IMG/VR virus record: IMGVR_UViG_3300026549_000045
Coordinates: 71,135-135,134 of that record
Origin: a virus
Lineage: Duplodnaviria; Caudoviricetes
Reading direction: 5' to 3' (one strand)
DNA: 64,000 bases
Part shown: in pieces, positions 35,829-47,242 of the stretch
Position numbering within the stretch: position 1 is the first letter of the stretch
Layout: every line of letters starts with the position of its first letter
Program-made: the position numbers and the translations under genes
The notes under the pieces: generated by a model
What the model saw: the letters and a program-made list of their open reading frames with translations, nothing else
The model's database searches: none
Told to the model about the DNA's origin: nothing

Positions 35829-38800
35829 GTCTCGTCACGTTTTTCTTACCAGTATCGTAGCTGTCCACCAAGCCACCCTTGCCGTACACGTCAAAGGTTG
35901 CCTTGATGCCGTTTGTTCGCAGGTCTTCCAGCAGGTCGCTCTGACGGTCGATGCTCTCTTTCAGTGATATTACCTGCTCCATGCTCATGCCGGAATCGCC
36001 ACCGCCCAGCGTGCTCTCAACCTCCTCAAACTCATCCAGATTACCATCGGCAAAGGCTCTCACTCCCCTACCACTACGGCGCATTGACGAATGACTGAGG
36101 CGACCGCCGTTGTATAGCGTCTGTATCGACTGCCAGATGCCGTTGTCGTCCATCTGCAGCTGTCGGGTTGTGTGCGCGTCGATGATGGCCTCCCTACCCT
36201 TCTCGCCTACCAGATGGAACTCCGGCCCGTTGGTGATGTGTGTCTTGGCATTCTTACCCATGTAGCGTGCGCGGTACGTCTTTCCGTCTGCACTATCCAC
36301 GTTATACTGTCTGCCAGGCGTCAGCGTCGATGGATCCGTAAACTCATTCACGTTACCCTCGCCATACGTCAGCATACCCGTTGCCATACGACCAGCACCG
36401 ACACTGGCACCAGTCACCTGTGCAATCTGACTCTTCGATTTCGCAATCTTCGAGACGGCAAGGCCAACCAGTCCACCAAGTATGGCAGTGATGGCGGCAA
36501 AAGCAGCTGCACCACCGATAGGACCAAGTTGGGCAAATGCCTTTGATGCTACGGCAGGCGTGTCGGCGGCAACCTGTCCCGTGTTCTGTGCCAACGAAGC
36601 TGTCAGCGCACTGATAGCTGCCTGTCCTGCAGCTTGCACAGCAATCATCTCAAACTTCTGAGCCGTTGAAAGATTGTCATTCGACATGGCCTGATAGGCA
36701 ATACCGTACAGGTTGGCTGCTGCCGTCATCTTGGCAAAAGCCGACTGTGCGCCAGATGATATCTTTTTGTCGGTCTGGTTCTCGCCCTGCTGTATCTTGC
36801 TCTGGTTGGCAAGCACCTGACCAGTAGCCTTGTTGCTTGCATCAACCATACCCTGATAAGCATTCTGCATGTTCTCCATACCGGCCTGCATGCTTTCCTC
36901 AGTCATCTGCCACGGTGGAGTAATGCCTGGTGTCTCTGCCAGGTTCTCTTGCATCTGCATCATAGCCTCCGTACCCTGCTCGGTGTACGACTGCCACATC
37001 AGCCCCATGTTCTCCTGACCCTTGACAATATCCTCGTCGGTCATCTGCCAAGGAGCCTTATAGGTTGGTGCTTCACCACCGTTATTCTCTTCGGGTCGGC
37101 GTATGGAGTTTGGTACACCGTCTTCTCCTATGCCCATATCGCCCGAGCCTTCTGCTGCAGGAACGCCACCCATTGCCGATGTCAGCGCATTGATGGCGGC
37201 TGTATTGGCGCCGAGTGCTGCCGTGTTCAGGTCTACGCTTTGGCTCTGAAGGAAAGCGTTCATCCAGTCGGTGATGCTCTCCGACATCTTCATATTGATG
37301 TCATCCATGACCTTGCTCCACGCCTCTGCCTGTGCGTTCTGCTGCTCAATCTCATGCTCACGCTCCAGAGCCTGACGCTCATCAAGGTATTCATAGTGGG
37401 CCTGTGCATCGCTGGTACCTGCATTGTCAATGACAACGTAGGTGCCCGCACCAGGACCGCCCTTGCCCGTCAGGTCCATCTTGGCGCGCTCGTTATAGTA
37501 ATCGGCATTGCCGGCGTTTGATGCCTCGAAGATGCTCTGCAGGCTCGAAGACAACAGATTGCCCCACTCCTTTAACTCGGTATAGAGGCGGTTCTGAGAT
37601 TCCTCAACCTTGGCAGTCAGTTCCTCTTCCAGTTTCAACAGCTCGGTTTGCTCCTTGGTGGTAGCCAGATTGAGTGCCATCTGAACATGCTGTGCATCCT
37701 GGCTCTTGCGCTTGGCTTCCTCCAACTTGCCCTGCTCTTCCAGTTCTTTCGACTGTTGTTTCAGTATCTCTACCTGAGCCAGTCCGCGTTTACGCATCAG
37801 ATCATAGTATGCCTTCTGCGTCGCCATCTGTACCTGCATCTGCTTGATGGCCAACTTGTCGACCACACGTTCCGAAGCCTGTCCTGCACCGATGAGCGAG
37901 TTCGCACGGCTTACCCTACCCTGCTCAATTCCCAACGTCGAGATGGTCTTGTCGAAAGCCTGCTTCATGGTGGTCTCGCCGTCTGGCATGAGGATATTGT
38001 TCCACATGATTTCGGCTTCCTTCTTCAACTGCGAGGCTTCCTTCTTGATAGCATCCTGAATGGTGTCAAAAGTAGAGCGTAACTGTGCCATCAAGCCCTC
38101 CTGCATCTGCGGATTCTGCTTCATCTCCTCCACCCATGCCGTCAGTCCAGCTTCGGCAGCACGCTGCATCACCTCCTCGGCAGTTGTCGAGTAGGCGTTT
38201 TCAGCCTCGCCCAACAGGAACGTCATTTCCTTAAACGCCTCTTGGGCTTGCTTCTCGTTGAACTTCGTCATGTCGGCATTCTTCGCCATCAACTCATCGC
38301 GCTCCTTGCTCATGTGCGCCGTCAGGATACCCATCGTCGTGAGGTTCGTCTGCAGATCCTTTGTGATACCGTTGAACGGGCGCTCCTTGTCGATGATGTC
38401 CTGAATGGCCTTCATGTGCTGACCGATGGCGTTGCGCTGACGCAGGAAGTCCTGCTCAATATCCTTATCCAGATTACCATAGATGCGGTCCATAGCGGCC
38501 TTGCTCTTCTTGCCAACGTCTTCAATGAACTTCACTGTCTGGGCAATATCCCTCTGGATAAATGTTGTTGTCTCGCCAGTACGCTCCGATATGATGTTGA
38601 AGATAGCCTGCTGTTCAGCCTGCGTCACTTTTGCACCCTTCTTGGCATACAGCTGCTGCAACTCGGCACGGCGCTGTCGCCACTCGGCCTCATTGGCAAT
38701 GGTACGGTTGCGTGCCTCTGCCTCGCTGATTTCCTCGTCGTTCTGAGCTTCCTGTATCTTCGCCTTGCGCTCGGTATAGTAAGCATCCAACTCATCCAGG

Positions 38801-41800
38801 TAATACTTCATCTCGTCTCTCACCACGCGGCTTGCTCTACGCTGTGCCTTCGGGTCGAGCCAGTCTCCGGTGTTCGTCAGGTGCTTGGCATGAAGTGCAT
38901 CTTGTATTTTCAGTCGTTCTGAGTTATACCACTCAATGGCGTCATTGGTGGTCTTGATGTTCTTGCGCACGGCGTCGCTGATGAACTTTGCATCCTCCGA
39001 CAATACCGCCTGTACGTCTGCACCATTGGCCAAAGCCTTTACGCGCTCCAACATCTCCTTACGACGGGCAACAAGGTCGTCACCGTTCCACTCTGAGTAC
39101 GGAGAAGTCACTTTGTTATAATCGCCATAGGGGTTAGCATTTTTGCCACCTGGGCTGTAGTCAGCCTTTTGGATAATCTTACGATACTCCTTCAACTGCT
39201 CGTCACTCAGAAGCCATGACTCAGCAACCTTGCGCTGTGCCTCGTCCAACTGTTCCCCACTGGCTTGCAGTGCGCTTCGTAGCGCATCCTGGTCGGCCAC
39301 GAACTGACGGACCTGTTCTACATTCTTCTTGTCAATGTCAGGCTTCCATCCTGCAGGTGCCATCTGCTGGTCGGGTGTTGTCTCACGGGTCTGCTGCCAA
39401 GGAGCACTCCATCCTCCTTGCTGCTGACCGCCAAACAGGTTAGGAATGTTGACGCCACTGCCACCACCTTGCGGCTGAAGCATCAGCGGTGTGTTCTGCT
39501 GTTGCTGCTTGATATTCCTCACAGCATTGCCTACCGTGCTGGCAACCTTGCTGACAAGCGTGTTGATATTATTGGCAAGGTCATACTTGATGGCTCCCTG
39601 AATACTGCGCAGGTCAGAGCGAAGGTTTGCCGTCTGACTCATAATGTCGTCGTGCTGGTTCTTCGCCTCTACCGTATATTTATATACAGCCTTCTGTATC
39701 AACTGCACGTTGTCACGCGACAGTTTGCCATCCAGAATCAGTCGCTCAATGCCGTTGTCGATAGCACCTTTAATATTCGGGTCAAGGTAATAGCTCGTCT
39801 TGGCCTTGAAGATATTGTTGCTGTCATCATAAGCGTACTTGATTTCACCCATGCGGCTGTCAACGATACCTTTCAACATATCGGCCATAGCCTGTACGTC
39901 GGCATTGCCTTTTGCGTTTTTCCTCAGTCGGTCAGTTATCTTGGCGTAGGCGGCGTTCACGTCCTCGTTGTGTTCTTCCTGTATGCTACGCTCCTTATCG
40001 GCAATACGACGCTCGTAGGCTTCTTCTCGGATGCGTTTTGCTATAAGAGCATGGGCATCTGCCAACTGGATAGCAGATGAAGTCTCGCTGAGCATATAAC
40101 CCAGATATTTGCCGTACTTATCATTGATTTGCTTGATAAGGTCAAGGCGATCCTTCTGCGCAAGGTTGGACTTATTCAACGGCTCAAACAGACTGTCAAG
40201 TACCTTCTTCTCATCGGCCATCTTCTGATTGAATCTTCCAACCTCTGCAGCAGCTTCCTTGGCGGCCTTGTGCCACTCCCACATTTTCATGGCCAGCATG
40301 GCGATGGCAGCGATGATGGCACCGATGACGTTCTGCTTCATAGCCAGATCCATCTTCTTCCACTCCATTCTTGCCAGTCGTGTACGTGCTGTAACCAAAC
40401 CCAGCTTCTCGCCTAAGACACCAAGTGACGTTCCGATGCCTGCCATACCAGCCATCAGTGCTGTTGTCAGCGTCTTAAAACCACCGCCAATACCCATAAA
40501 GGCTGCACCTATCTGCAACTTCATAGCAGCAGCGTAGGTCAGCATCAGTTTGAAACCAATGGCTAACGGGCCATCAGAGGCAAACCAGTCGGCCAGCGTT
40601 CGCAGTCCGTCGATGATTCTACCGAGGAAACGCTGCGCTGAGTCGCTGACAAACCACTCTTCGATGCTATTCTTCAGTCGCTCCCATTTTGCTGCCGTGG
40701 TTTCATTCATATTGTTATACTCGTTCAGCAGGGCCGTATTCTGGCGATAGGCATTGTTGGCAATGCCAAGTTGCTTCTCCAGTTCATCCACATTCTGCGA
40801 CAACAGACCAAACACGATTCCGGCACGTGCGCCCTGCTGGTTCAGCTCCTTCATAACCTCCTGCATGGTGGCATTCTTTCCCAGCATCTCTTCCACATGG
40901 TCGGCCATAGCGTTCATGCCTTTCTCCGTCGATGTGTCATACTGCTGAACGCTCTCACGCATCTTCTGGAAGATAAGCACCATAGCATCCATAGCGCGCC
41001 CACTATTAAACAGGTCTTTCAGAGATTTCTCAGTCACGCCTATAGCATTTGCTACTGCAAACGAGTTGTTGCGGATTGCTGGAATCATTCGTGACAATGC
41101 CGTTGCCGACATCTCCACGCGACCACCCAACGCATCGACTGTAGAACCCAGAGCGGCCACCTGGTCAATGGTGATGCCTGCCTGAGCACCTACGGCACCG
41201 ACACGCTTCACGAAGTCCGTAATGGCAGGCGCGGTAGATGCACTGTTGGCACGCAATTCGATGATAGTAGAACCGACGCGCTCCAGTGTTTCTTGCACAT
41301 CGTCACCGTTGCGCTTCAGGTCGCCAGTTGCCTTCGCAATCTTCATCAGTTCAGTAGCCGATTCCTCTCCCATTTCAGGCAGAGCAACCATCAACTGATT
41401 AGCAGCTTCGGTAAATCCTCGTATGTCCTCTTGTGCCTTCAAACCCAACTGACCGCCTCGTGCCGATATGCTGAGCAGCTGTTCTATTGGTGTGCGCGTA
41501 TCAAGTTTCGTCAAGTTGTCTGACAGTCGCCCTACTTCATCAGCCGTAAAGTGGGTAGTCTTACGTACTTCACCCATCTTGTCCGAGAGCGTCATAAGAT
41601 CACCCATCGTTGACGTAATCTTCTGCATGGCGACGGCTGCACCGACGTACAGACTGATATAGGTCTTCAGTCGGCCCCATGCCTTATCGAAGGCAGACAC
41701 CGTACCCTTGGCAGAATTTCCAAGGGTCTTCATCTCCAGGTCGCAGGCTTTTATCTTCTTAGCCAGTTCATCGAAAGCCTTCTGCCCTTCTTTGGTGGTG

Positions 41801-44800
41801 CGGTCCATGCTCTGCAGTTTCAGACGGCCCTGCTCTACAGCCTGCTTCAACTCGTTGTACGAACGGCCTTTAGGACGGTCAAGCACTTCCTGAACTTCCT
41901 TGCTGATGGTGTTGACGCGCTTTAACTCTATGTTGATACCGTCGATGTCGCGCTGCAATTTCTGCCACGACCTACCGCCCTTCTCCACGCGCTGCTGCAG
42001 TTCTTCGAGCACTTTCTTAGCCTGTTTAAGCTCTTCGATACTACCACTGAATGAACCGCCACGCACCTGCTTTCCGATGGTGACGGCCTGACGCAGCGAC
42101 ATAGCCTGCTGTGCGGCTTTCTCTGCCGACTGCCCAGCCTTTATCAGATATTCGTTGATCTTGGCGATTGTGTCGGCATTATCCTTCTGTGGCAGGGAGT
42201 CGCGATATTTCTTTAGCGCATCGGCCTGCTTTTTTATCTCGTTGGCACTGGCGTTCTCATCCTTGCCATCCTTAAAGAAATTAAAGGCTTCCTGCCCCTC
42301 AGTCTTAATAGCCTGCTCCTGCAACTGGCGCACACGCTTCAAGTCTTTCTCATAGCGTGCCAGACTGGCTGCTGCCGTATTGGGGTCATCAATCAGTCGC
42401 TGCCAGTATTGTTCCTGTGCTTTCAGTGCCGACGCCGACAAATCCCTTGTGTTATACAGCTGCTTGCGCATCATTGTGTCATTCTCCTGACGCTTGCGGG
42501 CAGCATCGGCGATGGCTTGTGCCTCCTTGCGGGCTGCACGTTCGGCTTCTACTCCGTATTTTTTGATGTGTTCCTCGGCATCCACGATGGCAGCTTTCAG
42601 GCGCTGATACTCCGGACTCGTAGCTGCCAACGTCTGCTGATACTGCTTGGCGGCTTCAATGGCGTTACGGATGCTACCCTCGCTCATCAGCATCTTATTG
42701 CCGTATATCTTCTGAGCGTCGGTCTTCACCTGCTCTGCGGCCAACTTCTGCTGTTCGTGGACGATAGCCTCCATGTTTGCCTTGGCCTCTATGTATGCCT
42801 GGCTGGTACGCTCGGCACCGTCCATCTGCGCCTGCCAGTAGCGGCGTGTCTCTTCCAGACCGGCATCCGACAGCTTACTGAGATCGACCATGCGGTCTTT
42901 CATCATCTGCAACTGCGCAGCAGCTTGCTGTGCGCTACGGGCGGTTTCCAGTCCGTATTGCTTCATGTGCTCTTCGGCACGGATGATGTTATTCTGCAAA
43001 TCTGTATATGCTGCATTGGTGGGCTTCATGGTAGCCAACAGTTGCTTTGCAGCATTTACCGACTCCTGTAACTCAGCACCCGACAGCGTTCTCAGGTTCT
43101 TACGACCCAGACGGTTGGCACTTGCTTCAAGTTGTGCCTGAGTCTGTTTCTCCTGTTCGGCATTGATGCGTTTCAGGTTGCGTTCTGCTTCCTTGAAGGC
43201 ACGGCTTCCACGGGTGGCACCGTCCATCTGTGCCTGCCAATAACGCTGTGTTTCTGTCAGCCCCTCCTTCGACAGACGGTTGAGTGCCGACATGCGGTCC
43301 TGCATCTGCTTATGCTTCTCGGCCAACAACTGCTGGGCTTCTGCCTGTTTTTGCGCTGTGCGCGCTGCCTCGATGCCTGTGTCCTTCAGGTGCTTCTCGG
43401 CCTTAACGATGCGCTCGGCCAGTTGGTTGGCTTCGTCGCTACCGCTCTTATAGGTCTGGATGAGTTGCTTGGCGGCTTCAATGCCCTGTCGTATCTCGGT
43501 CTCGCTCAGCGTACCCAAGTCGTCCACCTTCAGGCGGTCGGCGATGGGTTGCGACAGCTTGGCAACCTCGGCATTCATCTGCGTCAGTCGCTCGCTCAGT
43601 CGGTTAATGGCGTCGCCACGCTCCTGCATGGTCTTTGCATCGGTAGCCTCGGTCTCTATCTTCTTTTTCAACAGTTCGATGGCCTGCTTCACCTTCTCGA
43701 TGCTGACGTTCTCCGACTGTGCCATCTCAATGGCGGCTTCGGTCTCCTTACGATTCAGGTTGGTGATGGCCTGTGCGTTCTGGTCGAAGGCTTGCGTCAG
43801 GTCGTTGATTTCCTTTTGCAAATCCTCAGCCTTCTTGCGCATCTGCGTCATTTCTTCCTCCGACTTACGTTCAGGAAGAACCTCGCGCATGGTGGTGTTG
43901 ATGGTCTCGTCGCTGCGGTTGATGACGCGCTGGGCATTTCTGCGGTCTTTCGTGGCCTGGTCGCGGGCTTCCTTCATCGGGCCCATCTTCTGCAGTTCCT
44001 CGTTATACTCTGCCTGTTTCTGAGTGAGGCGTGCGGTCACGTCCGACTGCTCTTTCTCAGCAGCCGTCTCGCTCTTCGTCATCTTCTCCAGTTCCTCCTG
44101 GGCCTTTCTCAACTGCTCCTTCTTGGCAGCGAGTTTGCTGTCCAGATCCTCTCGGCGCTTCAGCAGCTGCTCCATCGTCATCTCTGCATCGGCAGACTCC
44201 TTCACGGCCTGCGTCTGCTCCTGAGTGGCTTCGGCATTCTTCTTGGCAGCCTTGGCACCCTTCTCTTGCAACTGTGTGAGGCGTTCGGTGTTGCCGGCCT
44301 TCTGCTGCTCCAGAGCGGCTATCTGTTCGTCGATTTGCTTTTTCTGCTGGTCAACGCTGACATTATCTTTCTTCGCCTTGGTATTCGCCTCGGTAGCCTG
44401 CGTGCCGCTCTTCACAGCCTGGTATTCCTCCCATGCAGCCTTGGTGCGCTCCTCCTGCTTCACCACATAGCGCTGACGGTATGTCTCGGCATCGTCAAGT
44501 GCCTGACCTCTGGCAGTGCGCTTGCCGTCCTTCTCTTCAGGGCCACCTATGGCGTTGGCCTTGTCGAGACGCTTCTGGTATTCCTCCTTACGCTTTCTGA
44601 GGGTCTCGTCTTCCTGACGGTATGCCTCACGCAGGCGTTTCACCTCTTCCTCCTGTGCCTGGTCGGCAGCAGTCTGCTCTTTGGTGGCAGCGGTAACACC
44701 CTTCGAGATGTTGGTAAGCTCCAGCATACGGGCACCGCGCTGCTTCAACGCCTCCGGATCAACGGTAACTTGAAGGGCACCGAACTCCTTGTCGTAAACG

Positions 44801-47208
44801 CCCCTCTGAATCAATCCACCGTTCTTGCCGGTAACGAGGCGGCTTACGATTTCGCGAGCCTCCTTATCGCTACCGATACCGTAGTCCTTCTTGAAGGCAT
44901 CTATCAGGTCCTTAATCTGATTTTTGCCCTGCAGCGTAAAACGTCCGCCACCGACACCGCTTGGGTTAATGGCCTTGATTCTACCCATCAGGTATTGCTG
45001 AACCTGCTCTATGTTAGAAGCCTCCAGACCTGTGTCACCCTTCAGTTTGAGGGTTGACATCTTTCGCATTTCTTCCAATGCAGCCTTGGCTTCCTCTGCC
45101 GTCATCTTCATGGCCTGTGCCTCTTCCTTGGCGGCTTCGGCACCCTTCTTGGCGGCTTCGGCTCCCTTTTCATCAGAGGCGGTCAGGGCGTCACGCTGTT
45201 TCTTCAGCGCCTCGATGGTGCTGGTCAGTGCGGCATTATCCTGTGTGAGCTTCTCTACCTCCTGCTGTTCCTTCTTTGAGAGCTTCACCTTTTTATCGGT
45301 GGCCTCGTTCTGCTGCTCGGCAGCCTGTGCGGCTTTCTCAGAAGCGGCGGCAATCTTTTCTTTCTGCTCAGCCTCCTTCTGTTCCAGATCGTTCAGTTCG
45401 CCCGTCAGCTTATTGATTCTCTCCGTCTGTCCGGCTTCGCGCTCACGGGCCTTTTCCAGATACGATTGAGCGGCCTCGATGCGTATCTGCTGGTCTTCCA
45501 CGCCCTTCTTCTGTTCAACGGCCAGGAATCCCGTATGCTCGTCGAAACGCATGGTGGCGAATTTCTTCTGCACCACGTCGCTACGCTCCAGCGTATGTAT
45601 CAGTTTGCGGGCTTCCTCCTCCGTTATCTGGTAGTATTCGGCCAGCTGCTTGATAGGCTCGGCGGCCTGAGCGGGGATAAACTTATCCTCCGTCACGCCC
45701 TTTACCTTCTTGATAATCTCGTAGAATCGGTTGGCCACGTCGAGCAGGTCATCCATCTGCTTCTTCTCGTCGCCCAGACCCATCGCGGTCAGACGGCCAT
45801 CCTTGCTGCCCTGCACGCGCTTCAGGGTTTCCTCCCACTGGCTGATGCTGCCAGCACCCTTCTTGCTCTCGGCCTCTATCTGCTGACGCTTCTCGGCAAT
45901 GGCATCCTGAATGGCTTTTAGTCTGGCTTCCAGTGCCTTGACCTCCGAGTCATCCACCTTCGGTTTGATAGGCTCCTGGTTGATTTTCTTCTTGGCATCG
46001 TCCACACCGCTGGTATCCACAGTCGGCTTGACGGGCTGTTTGCTCAGGGTGTCAAGATCCTGCTCCAGTTTCTCGACCTCCTTCTCCAGACCGCTCACCT
46101 TTTCTTGCTGCTTACCTACCGCCTCGGCATGCTTCTCGGCTTTCTCAGCGGCTTTCTCAGCGGCTTTGGCTTCCTTGCCTTGCTCCTTCGTCAGCTCGTC
46201 CACCTGCTTTTTCAGTTCGCCCACCTTGGCCTTCTGTTCGTCGTATGCCTTGATGGTGCGGTCTGCCTCGTCGCGTTTCTGCTCGGCATCCTGCTTGTTG
46301 CTGCGGGCGTCGGCTATCTTCTGGTCGCGCTTCTTAATCACCTCGTCCAGATGCTCCTGCAGCTCTATCTCGTCGCGTATGTCGTCGAGTTCCTTGCTGC
46401 GCTGGGCCTTCTTGTCGCTCAAGCCTTTCATCGTGGCCTCTATGCCCTCGCGCTCCTTCTTGGCAGCCTGCATGGCAGCCTCGCCGTCGGCATGGCGTAG
46501 GTTAATGCTCTCCTGCGTCAGTGCGTTCGACAGTCTGAGTGCATCCTGCTCAGAGGCTATCTCGCCTTTTAGACTACGCTCGGTAGCAGCCACCATATCC
46601 ACGGCCTGTGCCACCTCGTTCATCTGTGCTTTCAGGTTGCGCCACTCCTCGCTATTATAGACAGCAAGACGCGACAGGTCTTCCAGCACCTCCTTGGCAC
46701 GGGTCAACTGTACGGTGCTAACGGAACTGCCGTCCTTCAGCGACTGCATCATGGTCACGATATCCTCCTTGGCACGGGTCACGTTGCGGTCGGTGGCATC
46801 CATCAGGCGCTGCAACTGGTTCCAGTATTTGCTACCTGTCTCCACCGTGCTCTGCACGAGCTTTGCAGCGTTATAGACAGACTTGTTGAACTTGGCCGAC
46901 ATCTGGTCAAGCGTACCTTGGTTGAACTCCTTAATACCCTTCGACAGCGTGTCGATACCCTTGGTATATTCGCGCATGCCTTTCTGCAAAGCCTCCCAGG
47001 TCTTGGTCTGCGCTTTCAGTCTGCCCTCGATGTCGGCAATGACCTTTGCAGGCGCTCCGGCAGCCTTGGCGTTAGCCAGCTCCTTGTCGAGCTTTTCCTT
47101 GGCTACGCGGGCGTCATCGCACGCTACCTGCAGCGATTTCATTACTGGGTTCGCCTTACCGGCGTTGGCCACAAAGTCAATGTGGATAAGTTCGTGACGT
47201 GTTGCCAT
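35812..47208 (-). CDS. Tape measure protein, 3798 aa
   Basis: Helical Ala/Gln/Glu/Lys-rich; TP901-type core EVRKTTHFTADEV...LDTRTPIEQL...GGQLG; C-terminal LVGEKGREAII. Confidence 0.9.
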   Translation of the reverse strand: MATRHELIHIDFVANAGKANPVMKSLQVACDDARVAKEKLDKELANAKAAGAPAKVIADIEGRLKAQTKTWEALQKGMREYTKGIDTLSKGIKEFNQGTLDQMSAKFNKSVYNAAKLVQSTVETGSKYWNQLQRLMDATDRNVTRAKEDIVTMMQSLKDGSSVSTVQLTRAKEVLEDLSRLAVYNSEEWRNLKAQMNEVAQAVDMVAATERSLKGEIASEQDALRLSNALTQESINLRHADGEAAMQAAKKEREGIEATMKGLSDKKAQRSKELDDIRDEIELQEHLDEVIKKRDQKIADARSNKQDAEQKRDEADRTIKAYDEQKAKVGELKKQVDELTKEQGKEAKAAEKAAEKAEKHAEAVGKQQEKVSGLEKEVEKLEQDLDTLSKQPVKPTVDTSGVDDAKKKINQEPIKPKVDDSEVKALEARLKAIQDAIAEKRQQIEAESKKGAGSISQWEETLKRVQGSKDGRLTAMGLGDEKKQMDDLLDVANRFYEIIKKVKGVTEDKFIPAQAAEPIKQLAEYYQITEEEARKLIHTLERSDVVQKKFATMRFDEHTGFLAVEQKKGVEDQQIRIEAAQSYLEKAREREAGQTERINKLTGELNDLEQKEAEQKEKIAAASEKAAQAAEQQNEATDKKVKLSKKEQQEVEKLTQDNAALTSTIEALKKQRDALTASDEKGAEAAKKGAEAAKEEAQAMKMTAEEAKAALEEMRKMSTLKLKGDTGLEASNIEQVQQYLMGRIKAINPSGVGGGRFTLQGKNQIKDLIDAFKKDYGIGSDKEAREIVSRLVTGKNGGLIQRGVYDKEFGALQVTVDPEALKQRGARMLELTNISKGVTAATKEQTAADQAQEEEVKRLREAYRQEDETLRKRKEEYQKRLDKANAIGGPEEKDGKRTARGQALDDAETYRQRYVVKQEERTKAAWEEYQAVKSGTQATEANTKAKKDNVSVDQQKKQIDEQIAALEQQKAGNTERLTQLQEKGAKAAKKNAEATQEQTQAVKESADAEMTMEQLLKRREDLDSKLAAKKEQLRKAQEELEKMTKSETAAEKEQSDVTARLTQKQAEYNEELQKMGPMKEARDQATKDRRNAQRVINRSDETINTTMREVLPERKSEEEMTQMRKKAEDLQKEINDLTQAFDQNAQAITNLNRKETEAAIEMAQSENVSIEKVKQAIELLKKKIETEATDAKTMQERGDAINRLSERLTQMNAEVAKLSQPIADRLKVDDLGTLSETEIRQGIEAAKQLIQTYKSGSDEANQLAERIVKAEKHLKDTGIEAARTAQKQAEAQQLLAEKHKQMQDRMSALNRLSKEGLTETQRYWQAQMDGATRGSRAFKEAERNLKRINAEQEKQTQAQLEASANRLGRKNLRTLSGAELQESVNAAKQLLATMKPTNAAYTDLQNNIIRAEEHMKQYGLETARSAQQAAAQLQMMKDRMVDLSKLSDAGLEETRRYWQAQMDGAERTSQAYIEAKANMEAIVHEQQKLAAEQVKTDAQKIYGNKMLMSEGSIRNAIEAAKQYQQTLAATSPEYQRLKAAIVDAEEHIKKYGVEAERAARKEAQAIADAARKRQENDTMMRKQLYNTRDLSASALKAQEQYWQRLIDDPNTAAASLARYEKDLKRVRQLQEQAIKTEGQEAFNFFKDGKDENASANEIKKQADALKKYRDSLPQKDNADTIAKINEYLIKAGQSAEKAAQQAMSLRQAVTIGKQVRGGSFSGSIEELKQAKKVLEELQQRVEKGGRSWQKLQRDIDGINIELKRVNTISKEVQEVLDRPKGRSYNELKQAVEQGRLKLQSMDRTTKEGQKAFDELAKKIKACDLEMKTLGNSAKGTVSAFDKAWGRLKTYISLYVGAAVAMQKITSTMGDLMTLSDKMGEVRKTTHFTADEVGRLSDNLTKLDTRTPIEQLLSISARGGQLGLKAQEDIRGFTEAANQLMVALPEMGEESATELMKIAKATGDLKRNGDDVQETLERVGSTIIELRANSASTAPAITDFVKRVGAVGAQAGITIDQVAALGSTVDALGGRVEMSATALSRMIPAIRNNSFAVANAIGVTEKSLKDLFNSGRAMDAMVLIFQKMRESVQQYDTSTEKGMNAMADHVEEMLGKNATMQEVMKELNQQGARAGIVFGLLSQNVDELEKQLGIANNAYRQNTALLNEYNNMNETTAAKWERLKNSIEEWFVSDSAQRFLGRIIDGLRTLADWFASDGPLAIGFKLMLTYAAAMKLQIGAAFMGIGGGFKTLTTALMAGMAGIGTSLGVLGEKLGLVTARTRLARMEWKKMDLAMKQNVIGAIIAAIAMLAMKMWEWHKAAKEAAAEVGRFNQKMADEKKVLDSLFEPLNKSNLAQKDRLDLIKQINDKYGKYLGYMLSETSSAIQLADAHALIAKRIREEAYERRIADKERSIQEEHNEDVNAAYAKITDRLRKNAKGNADVQAMADMLKGIVDSRMGEIKYAYDDSNNIFKAKTSYYLDPNIKGAIDNGIERLILDGKLSRDNVQLIQKAVYKYTVEAKNQHDDIMSQTANLRSDLRSIQGAIKYDLANNINTLVSKVASTVGNAVRNIKQQQQNTPLMLQPQGGGSGVNIPNLFGGQQQGGWSAPWQQTRETTPDQQMAPAGWKPDIDKKNVEQVRQFVADQDALRSALQASGEQLDEAQRKVAESWLLSDEQLKEYRKIIQKADYSPGGKNANPYGDYNKVTSPYSEWNGDDLVARRKEMLERVKALANGADVQAVLSEDAKFISDAVRKNIKTTNDAIEWYNSERLKIQDALHAKHLTNTGDWLDPKAQRRASRVVRDEMKYYLDELDAYYTERKAKIQEAQNDEEISEAEARNRTIANEAEWRQRRAELQQLYAKKGAKVTQAEQQAIFNIISERTGETTTFIQRDIAQTVKFIEDVGKKSKAAMDRIYGNLDKDIEQDFLRQRNAIGQHMKAIQDIIDKERPFNGITKDLQTNLTTMGILTAHMSKERDELMAKNADMTKFNEKQAQEAFKEMTFLLGEAENAYSTTAEEVMQRAAEAGLTAWVEEMKQNPQMQEGLMAQLRSTFDTIQDAIKKEASQLKKEAEIMWNNILMPDGETTMKQAFDKTISTLGIEQGRVSRANSLIGAGQASERVVDKLAIKQMQVQMATQKAYYDLMRKRGLAQVEILKQQSKELEEQGKLEEAKRKSQDAQHVQMALNLATTKEQTELLKLEEELTAKVEESQNRLYTELKEWGNLLSSSLQSIFEASNAGNADYYNERAKMDLTGKGGPGAGTYVVIDNAGTSDAQAHYEYLDERQALEREHEIEQQNAQAEAWSKVMDDINMKMSESITDWMNAFLQSQSVDLNTAALGANTAAINALTSAMGGVPAAEGSGDMGIGEDGVPNSIRRPEENNGGEAPTYKAPWQMTDEDIVKGQENMGLMWQSYTEQGTEAMMQMQENLAETPGITPPWQMTEESMQAGMENMQNAYQGMVDASNKATGQVLANQSKIQQGENQTDKKISSGAQSAFAKMTAAANLYGIAYQAMSNDNLSTAQKFEMIAVQAAGQAAISALTASLAQNTGQVAADTPAVASKAFAQLGPIGGAAAFAAITAILGGLVGLAVSKIAKSKSQIAQVTGASVGAGRMATGMLTYGEGNVNEFTDPSTLTPGRQYNVDSADGKTYRARYMGKNAKTHITNGPEFHLVGEKGREAIIDAHTTRQLQMDDNGIWQSIQTLYNGGRLSHSSMRRSGRGVRAFADGNLDEFEEVESTLGGGDSGMSMEQVISLKESIDRQSDLLEDLRTNGIKATFDVYGKGGLVDSYDTGKKNVTRHGERY

Positions 47209-47242
47209 ATATCTTGTATTCTGTGTTGGTTTCTAATGATGG

